Assembly: GCA_016432425.1 (NCBI GenBank)
Contig: CP066688.1
Location: 446,211 to 510,210 of the forward strand
Direction: 5' to 3'
Source of the DNA: Candidatus Daviesbacteria bacterium
GTDB taxonomy: Bacteria; Patescibacteriota; Microgenomatia; Daviesbacterales; UBA10151
Length of the DNA stretch: 64,000 bases
Shown here: positions 61,416-64,000 of the stretch, piece after piece
How positions within the stretch are numbered: the stretch's first letter is position 1
Layout of the letters: the number at the start of each line of letters is the position of its first letter
Position numbers and translations under genes: made by a program
Notes under the pieces: model-generated
Seen by the model: only the letters and a program-made list of their open reading frames with translations
What the model was told of the DNA's origin: nothing
The model's database searches: none

Positions 61416-62458
61416 TGGAGACTAATATTTTTAAACAATCAGTTTTTTGGCAAAGGTTTGTCAGGTTCTTGTTAATCGGATTGTCAGTTTGGTTGTTAAC
61501 CTTTACCCTGCAGGCTTCTCCCACTACCTTACTAGCTTCCCATGCCTGTGTCTCTGTACCGGCAGCAGTTAACATTTCCACGCCTGTCAATAACCAAACT
61601 TTTCCTGCCAACACTTCCAGCGTGACCGTGATCTGGAACCAGGATGCTAATGTTGATTCCTCTAGAATTAGGATGACTGATAACCATACCAATACTATCA
61701 TTGCCTCCACCACTGTGACTACTAATAGTTTTACTACGCCTGCTTTACAAAATGGCCATTCTTTTACAGTGCTGATTGTTCCGGGTAACAGATGTGGAGA
61801 GGGGGCCGGCAGGCAAGTAAGCTTTACCATCGCCTCTGTCCCGCCAATAGGTCAGCTCAGCTGTTCAATCTCCCAAAGATTGTTAGGTCCCTCCGGCAAT
61901 GGTTTTTTATTTGAGCTGATAGGTAGTTCCGGCTTTCCAAACATCAAAAGCTGGGAGTGGTTTACTGTTAATAATGGGGCAAATCGTTTTAATACCGGCC
62001 AGTTCATCCAGCAACAATTTTTCGCCAATGCCACTGTTAGGTTGGTGGTGACTGATACGGAAAACCGTTCCGGCAGCTGCGAGACTGCAATTGTTTTACC
62101 CACCACTCTTCTTCCACCTCCTCCGCCTCCTGTCCAGTGTTTTACCTTCACCGCTACCGAACAAAGATGTATGGGCAATCAACTCTGCAGCGTTAATATT
62201 ACCCAAAATGTCAATAATATTTGTGGCAACCGGGCTGAAACTGCTCCCTTTAACTGTAGCCCTGCCGCACAATGCGGCTTTGTCCTGGTACCGCCGCCAG
62301 CCATCCCTCCTTTACCTCCTCTTCCTGTGCAACTGGGTAACTTACAACAAACTACGGTGGGTGTAGCCAACGCCAATAGTAACGTTAACTCTAACTTCAA
62401 TTCCAGCTCAGCCAGCGCAGGAGCGGGAGGTTCCACCAGTGTGACTATCACTTGGTAA
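61415..62458 (+). CDS. secreted protein with Ig/FN3- and PKD-like domains
   Basis: Signal peptide, beta-rich domains, VRLVVTD..NRSG, C-terminal NANSN..AGAGG motif. Confidence 0.7.
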   Translation: METNIFKQSVFWQRFVRFLLIGLSVWLLTFTLQASPTTLLASHACVSVPAAVNISTPVNNQTFPANTSSVTVIWNQDANVDSSRIRMTDNHTNTIIASTTVTTNSFTTPALQNGHSFTVLIVPGNRCGEGAGRQVSFTIASVPPIGQLSCSISQRLLGPSGNGFLFELIGSSGFPNIKSWEWFTVNNGANRFNTGQFIQQQFFANATVRLVVTDTENRSGSCETAIVLPTTLLPPPPPPVQCFTFTATEQRCMGNQLCSVNITQNVNNICGNRAETAPFNCSPAAQCGFVLVPPPAIPPLPPLPVQLGNLQQTTVGVANANSNVNSNFNSSSASAGAGGSTSVTITW

Positions 62459-62512
62459 GTAAAATCGGGGTTGACAAATAATCTATCTTATAGTATGATT
62501 GGAGGTATTAAA

Positions 62513-63388
62513 ATGACAAATATATCAAATTTGTTAAAAATATTTTTCCTTGGAGCCAGCTTCATTTTAATGCTGGTTATTTTCCAATTGAGCCATCCGG
62601 CTTCAGTTTCAGCTCAAACCCAAGTTTGTTCCCCTAACCAATGGGATGTTAACCAATGCGCCAGATGCGCCGCTGACGGCAGCAGAATGGGTGCTTTTGG
62701 CAGCGATTATGGGGATTTAAGCAATAAAGCTGCCTGGTGTTCTTGCGCTGCCAGAAATAATGACACTGGTTCTTTAATGAGAGAAAGTTGTCCTCAAGCC
62801 CCCAGGAATGTAACTACCGGTACTACTGCAGTTAGCTGTGATGATTTAGGCAAAGATTTTGGCTTTTGCCCGGGAGTGAGGACTTATGACCAGTGTACCT
62901 TAAGGTTTGAAGGTAACCAGGCATTTTTTGATTGCAAAGCTTCTCAAAACAGTAATTGTATTGGCACTATCAGATGTCAAGCTAAAGATAAGGTAGCAGC
63001 CCAGCCTGCTCCGGCAGCTGCTGCAGTAGTAAATTGTCCGGCAGGGACAACTGTCGGCCAAAATTCCCAGGGAGTGACTGTATGTGTGGCCAATGCTAAT
63101 GTTAATGCTAATGCCAACACTAATATTGCCCAGGCCCAGGGTGGGGCAGGAGGTTCAGCCAATGTCAGTATCACCGGTGCTGCTCCGGCCCAACCAGCTG
63201 CACTTTTAGCCGCTGCTCCCGCAGTTAAACAATTACCGGCCACTGGTTTGCCGGAAATTGCCTTAGCCAGTTTGGGTCTCATCCCTTTGGGGACAGGGCT
63301 CAAAGGTTTCCGCAGGGGTCTTAAAACACTGCGGTCAAATGACCCCAGCTTTATTTGGGAAGATAGACAATTTAAAGGCCAATCTTGA
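62513..63388 (+). CDS. Cys-rich secreted protein with LPxTG-type sorting signal
   Basis: GGAGG RBS before ATG 62513 (TTG 62471 is part of a TTGACA -35 box); KQLPATG tail. Confidence 0.8.
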   Translation: MTNISNLLKIFFLGASFILMLVIFQLSHPASVSAQTQVCSPNQWDVNQCARCAADGSRMGAFGSDYGDLSNKAAWCSCAARNNDTGSLMRESCPQAPRNVTTGTTAVSCDDLGKDFGFCPGVRTYDQCTLRFEGNQAFFDCKASQNSNCIGTIRCQAKDKVAAQPAPAAAAVVNCPAGTTVGQNSQGVTVCVANANVNANANTNIAQAQGGAGGSANVSITGAAPAQPAALLAAAPAVKQLPATGLPEIALASLGLIPLGTGLKGFRRGLKTLRSNDPSFIWEDRQFKGQS

Positions 63389-63526
63389 CAATAAATTTAT
63401 AGTATGCAAGAATAGGTTTGTAAGCCTGTTTACTTCGGGACGAATAATTTTAAAATCTAAATTTCCAATTTTAAATCAAATCTAAATGTTTTAAAACTTA
63501 AAATTTAAAATTTAAAATTAATTATT

Positions 63527-64000
63527 ATGCCTCGAGTTACTAAATCCTTTAAACCAAAAAATCAGTCGTCAGAAGAAATAACTGCTGATCAGTTAGTGGG
63601 GGAGCCAACTTCCCCTGTCATTCCGAGCGCCAGCGAGGAATCTCTGACGAATGACAATCACAATTCCTATCGCCCACGCTATGGTAATGGTGGTTATCAA
63701 AATGGAGGCCGGGATTATTCCGACCGTGACCGTGATGTGCCCACGGAAAAAGTGTCCGGTATTTTGGATATCATGCCGGAAGGCCATGGGTTTTTACGCC
63801 CCAAATACGTCCCTTCCAGCAGTGATGTTTATATTTCTGCTTCCCAAATTCGCCGTTTTAACCTCCGCCCGGGTGATTTAGTAGATGGGGCTGCCCGTCC
63901 GCCCAAAGAAAATGAGCGCTATTTTGGACTGTTGCAGGTAGATAAAATCAACGGTCAAGAGGCAGAGAAATTTGTTTCCCAGGACGGATCTCGGATCAAA
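63527..64000 (+). CDS. rho: transcription termination factor Rho (partial, runs off window)
   Basis: Own translation: [14 protein letters not shown]...[18 protein letters not shown]...[13 protein letters not shown]. Confidence 0.93.
   Translation, partial: MPRVTKSFKPKNQSSEEITADQLVGEPTSPVIPSASEESLTNDNHNSYRPRYGNGGYQNGGRDYSDRDRDVPTEKVSGILDIMPEGHGFLRPKYVPSSSDVYISASQIRRFNLRPGDLVDGAARPPKENERYFGLLQVDKINGQEAEKFVSQDGSRIK

Noticed and set aside
63593-63881. ORFs 63593-63787 (-) and 63651-63881 (+)
   Set aside because: They overlap rho, which is in another frame and runs off the window

Overview
The window looks like chromosomal DNA from a Candidate Phyla Radiation (Patescibacteria, probably Microgenomates-type) bacterium using genetic code 11. 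This is inferred from the divergent 16S signature GTGCCAGAAGCCTCGGTAA, intron-rich rRNA genes, an archaeal-type ATP DNA ligase, EndoQ and apparent leaderless gene starts. It holds housekeeping genes (lig, pth, uppS, pgk, gap, radA, rho) and an isoprenoid cluster with a cis/trans prenyltransferase fusion and isopentenyl phosphate kinase. It also holds a pilin/surface-protein cluster, an AT-rich sugar-phosphate-cyclase/glycosyltransferase islet between direct repeats of a paralogous membrane-protein gene, an ATP-grasp/ATP-grasp/C39 trio and three related secreted proteins, two with LPxTG tails. The rRNA locus is stretched: 16S, then about 7.6 kb containing tRNA-Cys, tRNA-Ile, pgk, gap, dhs, speB and tRNA-Ala, then 23S and 5S. 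It has four group I introns, three encoding LAGLIDADG proteins and one a four-helix-bundle IVP/Avd-like protein. The most unusual signals are: (i) inverted heptamer arrays around the four-helix-bundle gene that recur 'empty' in 23S and in-frame in pth; (ii) REP-like palindromes inside rRNA and essential proteins; (iii) an orphan IS200/IS605-end/omegaRNA-like element abutting pth; (iv) about 100 nt of the 16S core missing; (v) an L1931 intron apparently ending in A instead of G. All calls come from reading motifs by eye; no database search was run.
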